Below, piece after piece: positions 62,550 through 64,000 of a stretch of DNA of 64,000 bases; the first letter of the stretch is position 1; every line of letters starts with the position of its first letter. Both the position numbers and the translations under genes were made by a program. The notes beneath the pieces are model-generated. The model saw only the letters and a list, made by a program, of their open reading frames with translations, was not told the DNA's origin and did no database searches. The stretch covers positions 2,592,001-2,656,000 of the forward strand of contig CAWIIB010000009.1 in assembly GCA_963836075.1 (NCBI GenBank), in the 5' to 3' direction. Source of the stretch: an uncultured Acidobacteriota bacterium. GTDB lineage: Bacteria; Acidobacteriota; JAQAZP01.

Positions 62550-64000
62550 ACAGGAAAATAAAGAGAATTGGTCTGGTCTTGGTGTGCATATCCGTATCCG
62601 CTATTCTTGCCGGCATCACCGGCCGGTGGATTTTGGCCCAGACCATTTACGACATGAGCGAGATCAATGGAGATCTCAGGATTCTTGGCAGAAGAAATCA
62701 AAGTTACACTTCGCGGATGACTTTCCTTGATCTCAACGATACCGGCACAGGAGACCTGTTTATTAATGATCTGAATATTAGTTCCGTACACGGGTTTGTA
62801 GATGATGATCTGACAATGGAACTGAATAAGACTATAGACCTTCTTGATAAGACCTATAATTTCGAGATCCTGGGGCCGGATAATATATACTCCGGGTTAA
62901 GTTCACTAGTATCTGGAGATTGGAACAATGATGGAATTAGTGATTTGGCTATTGGCGATCCCTCGGCCTTTGACCAAGGTGTGATTGAGACGGGCCAAGT
63001 ATATGTAATTTTCGGCCGCCCTACTTGGCAACCCGGAATGGTCATCGACTTGGAACAACAACTGGCCGATATCACCATCCATCACAACCAGCCGTTCGCT
63101 TCCGTGCAATTTGGGATTTGTTTGGCATCGGGGGACGTCAATGGTGACGGCATCGATGACCTGGCTATCGGGGCGCCTTATTGCGGTCATCCGGAAGGGT
63201 TCGGTTCCGGTGCGGTCTTCGTGCTCTATGGGTCGAAAACCTTCAATACCCCGATGCTCGTGGACCTGTCCCAGGAACCCCTTGACCTGGCTGTTTTCGG
63301 CGAGAGGGCCGGCGACAAGTTCGGAAGCGATGTTGCGTTGGGCGATATTGATGGAGATGGCGCTGATGACTTGGTGGTCGGGGCCTGGGAGGCGGACTAC
63401 TCGGAGCAAAAACGTGGCTGGGCTTACGTAGTCCATGGGTCGGACCAGTTTCCGCCCGATCACGAAATCCTGCTTAACCACGACACCGCGGGAATAACAA
63501 TCAAGGGGCCGGAGCCCTTCTCACAATTTGGTTCTCATCTCGATGTCGGCTACTTTAACGGGGATGCATACGCAGACTTCTGTGTAACAGCGTATGCCGA
63601 TGACACCTTGGTCGAGAAGGCCGGTTCCGCTCACCTTTTTTATGGTGGCTCTGATTATCCGGCAGAGACGGTGATAGACCTGGCGAAGGAGCAGGCGGAC
63701 GTCACGATTTATGGGGATATGAGCCTGGCCTGGCTCGGAATATCATGTGCGTTCGGTGATTGTGACGCTGACTCGAAGGATGATCTTCTTCTTGGGGCCT
63801 ACGACAGTTCGGAAAATCTTGAGGAGGGAGCCGGGGCCTTCTACCTCTTCCCGGGGCGATCGGATTACGCGCCGAACCAGGTGATCATGCTGAATGAGGT
63901 GGATCCCGAGGTTAAAGTCCTGGGAGACGACGAGGGAGACGGGGGCACGACCATGAGTGCCCCGCTCCTCGACATCAATGAGGACGGTTACGACGACATC
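62546..64000 (+). CDS. Secreted FG-GAP / integrin-alpha-like beta-propeller repeat protein (runs off window; absent from ORF track)
   Basis: GGAGG RBS, GTG start, signal peptide MNRKIKRIGLVLVCISVSAILAG; repeats GDWNNDGISDLAIGDP, GDVNGDGIDDLAIGAP, GDIDGDGADDLVVGAW, GYFNGDAYAD, GDCDADSKDDLLLGAY, DINEDGYDD; no stop to 64000. Confidence 0.9.
   Translation, partial: MNRKIKRIGLVLVCISVSAILAGITGRWILAQTIYDMSEINGDLRILGRRNQSYTSRMTFLDLNDTGTGDLFINDLNISSVHGFVDDDLTMELNKTIDLLDKTYNFEILGPDNIYSGLSSLVSGDWNNDGISDLAIGDPSAFDQGVIETGQVYVIFGRPTWQPGMVIDLEQQLADITIHHNQPFASVQFGICLASGDVNGDGIDDLAIGAPYCGHPEGFGSGAVFVLYGSKTFNTPMLVDLSQEPLDLAVFGERAGDKFGSDVALGDIDGDGADDLVVGAWEADYSEQKRGWAYVVHGSDQFPPDHEILLNHDTAGITIKGPEPFSQFGSHLDVGYFNGDAYADFCVTAYADDTLVEKAGSAHLFYGGSDYPAETVIDLAKEQADVTIYGDMSLAWLGISCAFGDCDADSKDDLLLGAYDSSENLEEGAGAFYLFPGRSDYAPNQVIMLNEVDPEVKVLGDDEGDGGTTMSAPLLDINEDGYDDI

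Overview
High-GC bacterial chromosome segment, probably Acidobacteriota-like (inferred from lineage-type inserts in RpoB/RpoC, from recall, not a search). Bases 1-42354 are an almost unbroken + strand translation/transcription super-cluster: argF 3' end, rplM-rpsI, rpsB-tsf-frr, ispDF-gltX-rlmB, tRNAs, tuf, rpmG-tRNA-Trp-secE-nusG-rplKAJL-rpoBC, str, S10, spc and alpha operons. Bases 42494-56330 are a convergent - strand block: tRNA-Val, thrS-infC-rpmI-rplT, zapB-like, zapA, a structured RNA (6S candidate), rny, ymdB, xseAB, ispA, tlyA, nadK and an EF-G paralogue. After truA the DNA becomes visibly AT-richer. It holds a Phd/YefM-RelE/ParE toxin-antitoxin pair bracketed by a duplicated, synonymously diverged truA 3' end, then a ~1420-codon secreted carbohydrate-active-like gene, translationally coupled to an FG-GAP beta-propeller gene that runs off the window. 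The signal peptide of the large gene is held out of frame by a (CT)8 tract, so it is a phase-variation candidate. Single-base insertions break rlmB, rpmG and rpoB (four times), so the assembly probably has indel errors and every frameshift-based claim needs read-level checking. Several genes normally embedded in these operons (pyrH, adk, pheST, dxs) are cleanly absent. No CRISPR array, rRNA, transposase or integrase was seen. I found no clear-cut new system; the best leads are the truA-anchored island, the thrS leader hairpin and the zapA-rny RNA.
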